Position numbers and translations under genes: made by a program
Shown: positions 17,997 through 27,048 of the stretch, one piece after another
Position numbering within the stretch: position 1 is the stretch's first letter
Layout of the letters: the number at the start of each line of letters is the position of its first letter
The notes under the pieces: model-generated
Told to the model about the DNA's origin: nothing
The model's database searches: none
The model's input: the letters and a program-made list of their open reading frames with translations, nothing else
Assembly (NCBI GenBank): GCA_035516895.1
Contig: DATIZY010000145.1
Coordinates: 1-55,891, forward strand
Source of the DNA: Thermoanaerobaculia bacterium
GTDB taxonomy: Bacteria; Acidobacteriota; Thermoanaerobaculia; Gp7-AA8
Direction of reading: 5' to 3'
Length of the DNA stretch: 55,891 nt

Positions 17997-18710
17997 CTAC
18001 GTCATGAACGGCAGCCGGTATTTTCGCGGCGCTCCGTCCGGTGCGCCGCCGGCCGCGTAGTTCTGCTCGACGAGGAGAAAGTCGCCGAATGCGTCGCAGA
18101 GGATCACCGTCGACGAGCGCGTCCCGTACTCCGGCGACGTGACGAAGATCTCGCGCTCGATCGGACCGCCGCGCGGCATCGACAGAAACGCGAGCAGCGA
18201 CGTCGCCAGATCCTCAGCTTCGCCTTCGTGCAAGATTGCCTCGGAGAGAAAATCGCGCGCGACGGTCACCTTCTCCCACTCCGAGCCCGCCGGCGCGTTG
18301 CTGATCGCGAACACCCCTTCGATCGCGCCGAGCACGCCGGCGTTCGAGACGTGCACGACCTCGCCGTCGCCGGCGATCAGATGAAAACCCGCGTATTCGC
18401 GGCCGCGGATCGAACGCGCGTACTCCATCGGCGTTTCATCGCCGCGCACGAACTCCGTGACGAGAGTGCCCCGCGACGGCCCGCCCTCCCGCCCCGCCCC
18501 GCGGACGTTCGTGATCGCGGCGAACCGCCCGCCCTGCCGCAGCGCGAGCCAGCTGCCGCCCGCCCGCAGATCGCGGCCGCCGACGATGCGCTCGTCCTCT
18601 TCCCACACCGCGGCCGGGCGGGTGGGGCGGGCGTAGAACTCGTCGCGGTTCGCAGCGATGACCAGCGGAAATTTCGGCGAGGCGTCGTGCGCTATGGCGA
18701 TCAGGCACAT
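17997..18710 (-). CDS. NRDE family protein (TANGO2/DUF833-like)
   Basis: Starts MCLIAIAH (Cys2) and carries the NRDE motif IAANRDEFYARPT. A GGGAGGA SD lies upstream. The rest of ORF 17997..19679 overlaps the next gene out of frame. Confidence 0.85.
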   Translation of the reverse strand: MCLIAIAHDASPKFPLVIAANRDEFYARPTRPAAVWEEDERIVGGRDLRAGGSWLALRQGGRFAAITNVRGAGREGGPSRGTLVTEFVRGDETPMEYARSIRGREYAGFHLIAGDGEVVHVSNAGVLGAIEGVFAISNAPAGSEWEKVTVARDFLSEAILHEGEAEDLATSLLAFLSMPRGGPIEREIFVTSPEYGTRSSTVILCDAFGDFLLVEQNYAAGGAPDGAPRKYRLPFMT

Positions 18711-18787
18711 TGGTCCTCCCATTATGCGATCTCGCACGGGCGTCGGAGTGAACGCTTGCGTGTCTCCCGTCGCCGGCGCGGCGAACT

Positions 18788-20146
18788 TCAGATCGTCCTC
18801 AGGAGATGCTTTTGAATCTTGCCGAGCGCGGTCCGCGGAATGGAATCGACGCGGATGAATCGCCGCGGCACTTTGAACGACGCCAGCTTCTCGCGGCACA
18901 CGCGTTCGAGCTCCTCGGCATCCGCATCGCCGGCGATGTACGCCACCGGCACCTCGCCGCGCAGCGGATCCTCGACCCCGACGACTGCCGCTTCGCGAAC
19001 CCCGGGCTGCTCGGTCAGCAGGTCCTCGATCTCCCGCGGATAAATGTTGAATCCGCCGGAGATGATGAGATCGCTTTTTCGGCCTAACAAGGTGTAGTAG
19101 CCATCCTCCGAGACCGAAGCGAGGTCGCCCGTCTTGAACCAACCGTCGTCGAATGCGGCCGCGCTCGCGGCGTCGTTGCGCCAGTAGCCGGCGAAGATCG
19201 CCGGCCCGCGCACCTGCAGCTCGCCGTCGACGATGCGCGCCGAAATGCCGGGCAGCGGAAAGCCGACCGTGCCCGCCCGCCGCTCCCCCACCAGCGGATT
19301 GCTCATGATCATGAACGCCTCGGTCATGCCGTAGCGCTCCAGGATCGTGTGGCCGAAGCGCTCGCGAAACGATTCGAACACGTGCGGCGGCAACGGCGCC
19401 GAGCCGGAGACGAACAGCCGCATGCCGCGCGCGATCTCGCGCGGCGCGTCGAGCAGGCGCACGTAAACGGTCGGCACGCCGAAGAAGAGCGTCGGCTGAA
19501 AGTCGAGAAATTCGCCGGGCGCCGTGCGATGGTCGAACCGCTCGAGGAGACGCATGCGGCAACCGCTCGCGAGCCAGCAGTGCAGTCCGTTGCCCAGCGC
19601 GTGAATGTGAAACAGCGGCAGCGCGAGCAGAAGACGGTCGTCGCTCGTGATCTGCCACGACGCGAGGAGGTTCACACAATTAGATATGAAATTATTATGC
19701 GTTAATATTGCACCTTTTGACTGGCCGGTCGTGCCGCTCGTGTAAATGATCGCCGCCGGGTCTTCACCACCGAGGCAACGAGGGCGCTGAGTCTCCGCGT
19801 CGTCGGTGCCGGGGTGAATCGGTAAGTCCTTTTCCGTGATGACGAGCCTGGGAGCAGCATCACGAACGATGTGCTCGATCTCCCGCTCGCGATAGAGGAT
19901 GTTGATCGGAACGAAGACGACGCCGAGCTTCACGCACGCGAGGAAGATCTCGATCAGCTCGATCCGGTTCGCGAGGTAGACGCAGAGGCGGTCGCCTTTC
20001 TCGAATCCGCGCTCGATCAGCGCGTTCGCCACGCGGCTGCTGCGGCGATCGATGTCTCCGAAGCTGTATTTCTCGCCGTTCCACTCGAGCGCGATCGCGT
20101 CGCGGCGCCCGACGAGCGAGAGATCGAAGAGCTGGAGCAGGTTCAT
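18788..20146 (-). CDS. AMP-dependent acyl-CoA synthetase/ligase (MatB-like)
   Basis: AMP-binding motif IYTSGTTGQSKGA and a C-terminal ...GKIQK. 452 aa. Confidence 0.85.
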   Translation of the reverse strand: MNLLQLFDLSLVGRRDAIALEWNGEKYSFGDIDRRSSRVANALIERGFEKGDRLCVYLANRIELIEIFLACVKLGVVFVPINILYREREIEHIVRDAAPRLVITEKDLPIHPGTDDAETQRPRCLGGEDPAAIIYTSGTTGQSKGAILTHNNFISNCVNLLASWQITSDDRLLLALPLFHIHALGNGLHCWLASGCRMRLLERFDHRTAPGEFLDFQPTLFFGVPTVYVRLLDAPREIARGMRLFVSGSAPLPPHVFESFRERFGHTILERYGMTEAFMIMSNPLVGERRAGTVGFPLPGISARIVDGELQVRGPAIFAGYWRNDAASAAAFDDGWFKTGDLASVSEDGYYTLLGRKSDLIISGGFNIYPREIEDLLTEQPGVREAAVVGVEDPLRGEVPVAYIAGDADAEELERVCREKLASFKVPRRFIRVDSIPRTALGKIQKHLLRTI

Positions 20147-20162
20147 TTTGTCGTCGTTGTTG

Positions 20163-20230
20163 ACGGTTACCGGTTGATGGTTACCGGTTGCCCGGTTGAC
20201 GGTTGACGGTTGCCGGTTGACGGTTGCGGT
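20163..20230. repeat. Heptamer array, about 9.5 units of NCGGTTG
   Basis: acggtta ccggttg atggtta ccggttg cccggttg acggttg acggttg ccggttg acggttg. This is the left arm of an inverted pair. Confidence 0.9.
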
Positions 20231-20326
20231 CGCAGATTTCTGAGCGGACTACCAACAAACCACCGACGACAAACTACGGCCAAGCAGCAACCCGGCAAAG
20301 GCAACCCCGCCAAGCGCGATCGCGAT

Positions 20327-20385
20327 AACCGGGAACCGGCAACCGGCAAGCGGCAACCGGCAACCGGCAACCGGCAACCGGCAAC
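20327..20385. repeat. Heptamer array, 8 units of AACCGGC (complement of the left array)
   Basis: aaccggg aaccggc aaccggc aagcggc followed by aaccggc x4. It ends 3 nt before the TAGACT box. Confidence 0.9.
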
Positions 20386-20388
20386 AGA

Positions 20389-20394
20389 TAGACT
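20389..20394 (+). promoter_or_regulatory. -10-like TAGACT, 6 nt upstream of the prolyl oligopeptidase ATG (candidate leaderless promoter)
   Basis: AGATAGACTaccgcgATG with no SD. The same GATAGACT core is seen at moxR and pepA. Confidence 0.45.
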
Positions 20395-20400
20395 ACCGCG

Positions 20401-22473
20401 ATGCGAAAGATCTTTGCGCTCGCACTGCTGTTCGCGGCCGTCCATCCGCCAGCGACGAAGAAAATCCCCGTCACCGACACGTACTTCAACATCAAGATCG
20501 TCGATCCGTATCGCTGGCTCGAGAACGCCGACGATCCGGCGGTCAAGCAGTGGGTCGAGGAGCAGAACCGCTACGCGCGCTCGGTCCTCGACGCGATCCC
20601 GCAGCGCGCGGCGATCGAGAAGCGGCTCGTCGAGCTGACGACGGACCGGCCGCCATCGTACGGCTCGCTCGTCCAGAAGGGCGGACATCTCTTCGCGCTG
20701 AAATTTCAGCCGCCGAAGGAGCAGCCATTTCTCGTGACACTGAATTCGATCAACGACAAAGCGTCGGAGCGCGTCGTCATCGATCCGGTGGCCATCGATC
20801 CGAGCGGCCACACGGAGATCGACTTCTTTGTTCCGTCGAACGACGGCAAGCTCGTCGCGGTCTCGCTCTCGCACGGCGGGAGCGAGTCGGGCGACGTGCA
20901 CGTCTACGACGTCGCGACCGGCAAGGAGCTCGGCGACGCCATCGCGCGCGTCAACGGCGGCACGGCCGGCGGCGACGTCGCCTGGAACCGCGACAGCTCC
21001 GGATTCTTCTACACGCGCTACCCGCGCGAGGGCGAGCGTCCGCAAGCGGACATCGATTTCTACCAGCAGGTGTGGTTCCACAAGCTCGGTGCGCCCGTGA
21101 CCGAGGATCACTACGAGATCGGCAAGGATTTTCCGCGGATCGCGGAGACGTCGCTCGACATCTCGCCCGACGGCCACGCTCTCCTCGCGTCGGTCCGAAA
21201 CGGCGACGGCGGCGAAGTCGAGCATTTCGTGCGCGGCGACGACGGCGCGTGGCGACAGATCACGCACTTCAACGACGCCGTCCCGCAGGTCCGCTTCGGC
21301 GAAGACGGCAATCTCTACGAGCTGTCTCACAAGAACGCGCCGAACGGAAAAATCGTGAGCGTCGAAGGGCAGACGATCGTGCCGCAATCGAACGTGGCCA
21401 TCGAGTCGTTCCTGCCGACCGAGCGCGAGCTCTACGTCAACTACATGGCCGGCGGCCCCTCGGAGCTGCGGATGACTTCGATCGATGGCGCGAAGCAGAC
21501 GAGCGTGCCGATCCTTCCGGTCTCCGCGGTCAACGGACTCGTTCCGTTAGGCGGCGACACCATCGCGTTCACGAACGGCAGCTATCTCGAGCCGGCGAAC
21601 TGGTACACGTTCGCGCCGGGAGAGGCGAAGCCGAACGAGACCGCGCTGAAGATCACGCTGCCGGTCAGCTTCGCCGACACCGTCGTCGATCGTGTCATGG
21701 TCACTTCGAAAGACGGCGCGAAGGTGCCGCTGAACATCATCCATCGCAAGGACATGAAGCTCGGCGGGGCGAATCCGACCCTGCTCACCGGCTACGGCGG
21801 ATACAACATCAGCCTCAAGCCGGGATTCAACGCCACGCGGCGATTGTGGCTCGATGCCGGCGGCGTCTATGCGATCGCGAATCTGCGCGGCGGAGGCGAG
21901 TTCGGTGAATCGTGGCACGAGCAGGGAAAGCTGACGCAGAAACAAAACGTGTTCGATGACTTCGCCGCCTGCGCGCGCTATCTGATCGCGCATTCCTATA
22001 CCAGCCCGTCGCACCTGGCCATCGAAGGCGGCAGCAACGGCGGCCTGCTCATGGGCGCGGCGCTCACGCAGCATCCCGAGCTGTTTCGCGCCGTCGTCTC
22101 GCACGTCGGCATCTACGACATGCTGCGGGTGGAGCTCTCGCCGAACGGGGCGTTCAACGTCACCGAGTTCGGCACGGTGAAAAATCCGGAGCAGTTCCGG
22201 GCGCTCTACGCGTACTCGCCGTACCACCACGTCGTGGACGGAACGAAGTACCCGGCCGTGCTGATGCTGACCGGCGCGAACGATCCGCGCGTCGATCCGA
22301 TGAACTCGCGCAAGATGGTCGCGCGGCTGCAGGCGGCGAATGCGTCAACGCATCCGATTCTGCTGCGCGCAAGCTCGTCGAGCGGCCACGGAATCGGTAC
22401 TTCATTCAGCGAAGCGATCGCGCAGCAGACCGATGTCGACGCGTTCCTCTTTCACGAGCTTGGAATGAAGTAG
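20401..22473 (+). CDS. Prolyl oligopeptidase (S9A family), secreted
   Basis: 690 aa with a signal peptide, DPYRWLE at the N-terminus and the nucleophile motif GGSNGGLL. Confidence 0.9.
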   Translation: MRKIFALALLFAAVHPPATKKIPVTDTYFNIKIVDPYRWLENADDPAVKQWVEEQNRYARSVLDAIPQRAAIEKRLVELTTDRPPSYGSLVQKGGHLFALKFQPPKEQPFLVTLNSINDKASERVVIDPVAIDPSGHTEIDFFVPSNDGKLVAVSLSHGGSESGDVHVYDVATGKELGDAIARVNGGTAGGDVAWNRDSSGFFYTRYPREGERPQADIDFYQQVWFHKLGAPVTEDHYEIGKDFPRIAETSLDISPDGHALLASVRNGDGGEVEHFVRGDDGAWRQITHFNDAVPQVRFGEDGNLYELSHKNAPNGKIVSVEGQTIVPQSNVAIESFLPTERELYVNYMAGGPSELRMTSIDGAKQTSVPILPVSAVNGLVPLGGDTIAFTNGSYLEPANWYTFAPGEAKPNETALKITLPVSFADTVVDRVMVTSKDGAKVPLNIIHRKDMKLGGANPTLLTGYGGYNISLKPGFNATRRLWLDAGGVYAIANLRGGGEFGESWHEQGKLTQKQNVFDDFAACARYLIAHSYTSPSHLAIEGGSNGGLLMGAALTQHPELFRAVVSHVGIYDMLRVELSPNGAFNVTEFGTVKNPEQFRALYAYSPYHHVVDGTKYPAVLMLTGANDPRVDPMNSRKMVARLQAANASTHPILLRASSSSGHGIGTSFSEAIAQQTDVDAFLFHELGMK

Positions 22474-22529
22474 GGCGGCGCTGCGCGCTGCCGAAAACGG
22501 GGATTCGGCACGGCGCGGCCGTGCCCTAC
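22471..22529. repeat. REP-like pair in head-to-head orientation
   Basis: TAGGGCGGCGCTGCGCGCTGCCGAA-8nt-TTCGGCACGGCGCGGCCGTGCCCTAC. The first three bases are the peptidase stop codon. Confidence 0.85.
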
Positions 22530-22663
22530 GAATTCATTGGCGGCGCTTGCCGCCGGCGTGGTCCGACCCGCGCCGCCACCCGCGTCCCCGAACGACGCGG
22601 TCTCCCTTCGTCCGTTTGTCGTTCTCATGGCTACGCACGGCGCTTGCAGGTTCCGATTCCAAC

Positions 22664-24433
22664 GTGAGCATTCGTGACCGGCGGCGCCCGATCGGCGCGG
22701 AGGTGATTGGAGACGCCGTCGATTTTCGAGTCTGGGCGCCCGATCACCGCGAAGTCGCGGTCGTCATCGATGATCGCGAACACGCTCTCGAACGCGAAAA
22801 GGACGGTCATTTCCGCGGCGCCGTCCGCGGCACGCGCGCCGGCGCGCGGTATCGATTCCGTCTCGATCGCGGCGAAGCGTTCCCCGATCCCGCCTCACGA
22901 TTTCAGCCCGAGGGGCCGAAGGGTGCGTCGGAGGTCGTGGATCCGAATTCGTATCGCTGGCGCGAGCGCAATCCGACGATCGATCGCCGCGTCATCTATG
23001 AGATGCACATCGGCACGTTCACGCGCGAGGGAACTTGGCGCGCGGCAGCAGAGCACTTGAAGCCGCTCGCCCAAATCGGGATCAACACGCTCGAGGTCAT
23101 GCCGGTCAACGAATTTCCCGGCCGCTTCGGCTGGGGCTACGACGGCGTCGACCTGTGGGCGCCGACGCGGCTTTACGGTTCGCCCGACGACTTCCGCTCG
23201 TTCGTCGACTCCGCTCACGCCCTCGGTCTCGCCGTGATTCTCGACGTCGTCTACAACCACCTTGGTCCCGACGGCTGCTACCTCGGAAGGTTCACGAAGA
23301 GCTACTTCACGGATCGCTACACGAACGAATGGGGCGACGCGATCAACTTCGACGGTCCCGGCTGCGAAGGAGTGCGCGAGTTCTTCTCCCAAAACGCGGC
23401 GTACTGGATCGATGAATATCGCCTCGACGGCCTGCGCCTCGATGCCACGCAGAGCATCAACGACAGCTCACCGACTCACATCCTCGCGGAGGTGTCGCAG
23501 TGCGCGCGAGAAGCGGCGCGAGGCCGCGAGATTTTCATCGTGGCGGAAAACGAGCCGCAGGACATCAATTTGATCCGCGAGTACGGCATCGACGCGCTGT
23601 GGAATGACGACTGGCACCATGCGGCGATGATCGCCGCCGGCAAACCCCGCGAGGCCTACTACCTCGATTACAAAGGAACGCCGCAGGAATTCGTGTCGCT
23701 GGCGCGCCACGGATTTCTCTACCAGGGGCAGTGGTACGCGTGGCAGAAAAACCGTCGCGGCACACCCTCGCTCGACACGCCGCCCGAGCGGCTCGTGTCG
23801 TACCTGCAGAATCACGATCAGGTCGCAAACTCGCAGAACGGCAAACGGATTCACGAGCTGGCCCCGCGCGGCAAATACCGCGCGCTCACCGCTCTCCTTC
23901 TCCTCGGTCCCAACACTCCGATGCTGTTTCAGGGCGAGGAGTTCGCCTCGTCCGCGCCGTTTCTCTACTTCGCCGATCACAACAAGGAGCTCGCCGGCGC
24001 GGTGGCGAAAGGGCGCGCGGAGTTTCTCGAACAATTCCCGTCCATCGATTTGAAACGCCTCGACGCTCCGCACGACATCGCGACGTTCGAGAAATGCAAG
24101 CTCGATCACGCGGAGGCCATTCCGCTGATCCGCGAGCTGCTCGAGCTTCGACACCAGCTCGCTCCTGCCGATCGCATCGATGGTGCAGTGTTGAGCCACG
24201 AAGCATTCGTTCTCCGCTTCGATGACGATCGCCTGCTCGTCATCAACCTCGGTGAAAGAGTCGATCTCGACGTCGCGCCCGAGCCGCTGCTGGCGCCGCC
24301 GCCCAACGCCCGATGGGAAGTGCGGTGGTCGAGCGACGGCACGACGAAGATCGAGTTTGAAGCCGCTCCGAGCTGGCGCATTCCGTCGGAGTGCGCGGCG
24401 CTGATGACAGCCGTTCGCTATACTCGTTCGTAA
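22664..24433 (+). CDS. treZ: Malto-oligosyltrehalose trehalohydrolase (GH13)
   Basis: Motifs VIYEMHIGTFT, GWGYDGV and LDVVYNHLGP. I prefer the GTG at 22664. The ORF-track TTG at 22547 adds an Arg/Pro-rich 39-aa extension adjoining the REP pair. Confidence 0.85.
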   Translation: MSIRDRRRPIGAEVIGDAVDFRVWAPDHREVAVVIDDREHALEREKDGHFRGAVRGTRAGARYRFRLDRGEAFPDPASRFQPEGPKGASEVVDPNSYRWRERNPTIDRRVIYEMHIGTFTREGTWRAAAEHLKPLAQIGINTLEVMPVNEFPGRFGWGYDGVDLWAPTRLYGSPDDFRSFVDSAHALGLAVILDVVYNHLGPDGCYLGRFTKSYFTDRYTNEWGDAINFDGPGCEGVREFFSQNAAYWIDEYRLDGLRLDATQSINDSSPTHILAEVSQCAREAARGREIFIVAENEPQDINLIREYGIDALWNDDWHHAAMIAAGKPREAYYLDYKGTPQEFVSLARHGFLYQGQWYAWQKNRRGTPSLDTPPERLVSYLQNHDQVANSQNGKRIHELAPRGKYRALTALLLLGPNTPMLFQGEEFASSAPFLYFADHNKELAGAVAKGRAEFLEQFPSIDLKRLDAPHDIATFEKCKLDHAEAIPLIRELLELRHQLAPADRIDGAVLSHEAFVLRFDDDRLLVINLGERVDLDVAPEPLLAPPPNARWEVRWSSDGTTKIEFEAAPSWRIPSECAALMTAVRYTRS

Positions 24434-24657
24434 TGCGTTCGAAGGTTGCCGAAGAGCTGCGGCGCGAGCAGACGGAGGATATCCGTGCGATGTCCATCGA
24501 GGAACGAATTGCGCTCGCGCTCGAGCTCGGTGAGCGGGACCTGCAGCTGTACATAGCCCTGAACGAGGTCGATCGCGAAACGGCGGTTCGAGCAATCCGC
24601 CGCGAGCATCGGAACGGCCGCCGGTATTCGCGCTGCATGGAAGACTCGAACGAGTGA
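24433..24657 (+). CDS. Small hypothetical protein (74 aa), helical and antitoxin-like in appearance
   Basis: The ATG overlaps the treZ TAA (TAATG). Sequence MRSKVAEELRREQTEDIRAMSIEERIALALELGERDL... The family assignment is a guess. Confidence 0.45.
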   Translation: MRSKVAEELRREQTEDIRAMSIEERIALALELGERDLQLYIALNEVDRETAVRAIRREHRNGRRYSRCMEDSNE

Positions 24658-24773
24658 TTCGGCTTCTCGCGATCGCTCCGTCCGAAACGCTCATCGCCGA
24701 GGTCGACGAAAAGATCGGCGATCTTCCGCAGGACGCGCAAGCGCTGTGGCACAAACTGAAGGCGGAGCGCTGA
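24654..24773 (+). CDS. Very small ORF (39 aa) bridging the two neighbours, possibly a gene remnant
   Basis: It is not in the ORF track because it is under 60 aa. It has a GTGA overlap with the upstream stop and a TGATG overlap with the DUF488 start. Sequence VIRLLAIAPSETLIAEVDEKIGDLPQDAQALWHKLKAER. Confidence 0.3.
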   Translation: MIRLLAIAPSETLIAEVDEKIGDLPQDAQALWHKLKAER

Positions 24774-25168
24774 TGTCCATCCGGATCGTCCGGCTCGGTT
24801 CACCGCGACACGCGAACGAAGGCGTGCGAATCGGCACGGTTCGACGCCCGCCGCGCGGCGTGCGCAAAGATCGATACGCGGCCGACAACTGGTACGACGT
24901 CTGGCTGCCGAATCTCTCGCCGAGCGCGCCGCTCGTGTCGATGGCGCTCCGCTCCGACAGCGACGCCGAATGGAAGAAATTCACGAAGCGCTACGAGGCT
25001 GAAATGGCGCGGCCGGAAAACCGCCGCGTGCTGGAGACGCTCGCCGCGCTGTCACACGTCGCGAATTTCTCGGTCGGCTGCTATTGCGAGGACGAGCGGC
25101 GCTGCCATCGCAGCGTCCTCGCGCACATCCTCAAACAGCACGGCGCCGACATCACTGCATCTTCATGA
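24773..25168 (+). CDS. DUF488 family protein
   Basis: Starts MSIRIVRLG and contains WLPNLSPS and CYCEDERRCHRSVLA, typical of DUF488. Confidence 0.8.
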   Translation: MSIRIVRLGSPRHANEGVRIGTVRRPPRGVRKDRYAADNWYDVWLPNLSPSAPLVSMALRSDSDAEWKKFTKRYEAEMARPENRRVLETLAALSHVANFSVGCYCEDERRCHRSVLAHILKQHGADITASS

Positions 25169-25454
25169 GCTCTTCGCGCGTGCAGCGCAGCCGCGGATGA
25201 TCGGGATCGCTGAGATCGAGCTGCTGCCACGGCACACGCAGCGGCTCGCGATGATGACGCTTCCAGCCGACGATGCGCGCCGTCGAAATGCCGAAGCGCT
25301 CCATCAGCGCGGCGGGACCGAGGTGGAATTCGTCGACGAAGTAGTCGCGGCCGCGGCGGCGGGCGACGATCGCCCCGATCCGGCCGACCACCTTGCCGTC
25401 GGCGTCCCACACGCGGCGTCCGCTCAGCTGCTCCACATGTGCCGTTGCCATCAT
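25152..25454 (-). CDS. PRC-barrel domain protein (100 aa)
   Basis: Starts MMATAHVEQLSGRRVWDADGKVVGRIGAIV. A GGGAGG SD lies upstream and there is an ATGA overlap with the upstream gene. Confidence 0.65.
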   Translation of the reverse strand: MMATAHVEQLSGRRVWDADGKVVGRIGAIVARRRGRDYFVDEFHLGPAALMERFGISTARIVGWKRHHREPLRVPWQQLDLSDPDHPRLRCTREELMKMQ

Positions 25455-25831
25455 TCGCCTCCCGCTCCCGGAATCTTCGCCACGATGTGATCGCGCAGCC
25501 AGCGCTCCCAATCGAACGCCGGCGTGTCGATTGCTTTCAGATCGACCTTGATCTCGTACGCCGTGACGTCGACGACCTTCGCCCACGGCACGATCTGCCG
25601 CGCGCTTCTGCGAACGCTCCATCGCGCCCGGATCGCATTCAGCCAGCGCTCGATGCGCGGGTGGATCCGCCGGGCGAGCACGGCGAAGCCGAGCTCGAAA
25701 TGATCGATGCGCGGCGGACCGTCGCCGTCGATGTCGAGCACGATTCCGTCGACGCGCCCCATTTTCGTCTCGTCGGAATCGACGAGCTGCCGGTCGAGGA
25801 GATCGCGGATGACGTCGAGCCGTTCCTTCAT
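25451..25831 (-). CDS. PRC-barrel-like protein (126 aa)
   Basis: Contains LLDRQLVDSDETKMGRVDGIVLDIDG. Its start overlaps the NRAMP stop (TGATG). Confidence 0.6.
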   Translation of the reverse strand: MKERLDVIRDLLDRQLVDSDETKMGRVDGIVLDIDGDGPPRIDHFELGFAVLARRIHPRIERWLNAIRARWSVRRSARQIVPWAKVVDVTAYEIKVDLKAIDTPAFDWERWLRDHIVAKIPGAGGE

Positions 25832-27048
25832 CAGCTACCTCCGACCACCGCGAGCGGAATCGAGACGACCGCCAGCACGAGCGTGAGCACGACGATCGCC
25901 GCGGCGGCGACATTCGAGATCGCGCCGTTCGCCGCGTCGTGCAGCAGTTTGCGGTCGTTCATCAGCAGCAGCATCGGAATCGCGACGAACGGCAGCGCCG
26001 CGGCGCTGAGCGCCATCGTGATCATCGTCAGCTGCAGCGGATCCATTCCCACGAGCATGAACAGCGATCCGACGAGCAGCGCTGCGGTGTAGACGAGGCA
26101 GAAGCGCGCGTCTTCATCGGGAGCGAGGTCCTCGCCCCAGTTCCAGCCGAACGTCTGCGCGAACGTGTACGACATCGACAGCGCCACTTCGACCGCGGCG
26201 CCGAGACACGCGATTCCCATCGAGACGGCAAAGAGGACGTAGCCCCAGAAGGGAAACGCCGAGGTGAGCATCAGCGCGGCCTGGTGATAGTCGTCGACGT
26301 GAATGCCTCGCGGCGCAAGCACGACGCCGGCGACGATGATCGCGCCGATCGAAATCACGCTGCCGAATGCCATGCCGATCACCGACACCGCGCGATTGAC
26401 AGGAATGTACGACGCGTCCCATTCGTCCTCCACCGCCCCCGACGAGTAGAAGTAGAAAAGGTACGGAGCGATCACCGCGCCGACGATGCTGACCGCGATG
26501 AACCAGTAGTTCGCGGGATGTTGCGAAGGCAGCGACGGCAGCGAGCCGCGCAGAAGGTCGTGCAGCGGCGGCCGATGCCACACCGCAGCCACGACGAAGC
26601 AGAGCGTGATCAATCCGAGCAGGGACGTGCTGTTCTCGATCGCACTGAACGTCGATCGCCACAAGAAAAGCCAGAGGAGCACCGCCACCGGCAACGCCCA
26701 GACCTGGAGCGGCAAGCCGGTGACGAGATGCAGAGCGAAGCAGACGCCGCCGATCTCCGCGCCTAACACGAGGATGTGAATCACCGTGAGGATCGCGAAC
26801 GGCACGAGCCAGAACGTGAATCCGAAATGCTCGCGGATCGCGTCGGGCAGCGCCTTGTTCGTCACCGCCGCGAATCGGCCCGACATCTCGATCAGAAAGA
26901 TGACGACGATCGTCGCCAGCAGCATCGCCCAGATGAGCTGAAAGCGAAATCGCGCGCCGGCCTGCGTGCACGTGGCGATGTTGCCGACGTCGAAAAACCC
27001 TCCGACGCTGGTGAGGACGCCGAGGGCGAGGGTCATCGCTTTTTTCAT
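25831..27048 (-). CDS. NRAMP/SLC11-family transporter, divergent metal-site signature
   Basis: Starts MKKAMTLALG. TM1 reads FFDVGNIATCTQAG where canonical NRAMPs have DPGN. TM6 reads VGAVIAPYLFYFYSS where canonical NRAMPs have GATVMPHxxxLHS. The N-terminal 107 codons of ORF 25831..27369 were trimmed. Confidence 0.8.
   Translation of the reverse strand: MKKAMTLALGVLTSVGGFFDVGNIATCTQAGARFRFQLIWAMLLATIVVIFLIEMSGRFAAVTNKALPDAIREHFGFTFWLVPFAILTVIHILVLGAEIGGVCFALHLVTGLPLQVWALPVAVLLWLFLWRSTFSAIENSTSLLGLITLCFVVAAVWHRPPLHDLLRGSLPSLPSQHPANYWFIAVSIVGAVIAPYLFYFYSSGAVEDEWDASYIPVNRAVSVIGMAFGSVISIGAIIVAGVVLAPRGIHVDDYHQAALMLTSAFPFWGYVLFAVSMGIACLGAAVEVALSMSYTFAQTFGWNWGEDLAPDEDARFCLVYTAALLVGSLFMLVGMDPLQLTMITMALSAAALPFVAIPMLLLMNDRKLLHDAANGAISNVAAAAIVVLTLVLAVVSIPLAVVGGS

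Noticed and set aside
20163-20385. Possible CRISPR array, because of regularly spaced short repeats.
   Set aside because: The units are 7 nt and contiguous, with no unique spacers, and no cas genes are in the window. These are tandem microsatellite-like arrays.
22547-22663. TTG start at 22547 for treZ.
   Set aside because: It adds a 39-aa Arg/Pro/Ser-rich extension adjoining the REP pair. The GTG at 22664 gives an N-terminus directly before the conserved TreZ N-domain. The longer form remains possible.
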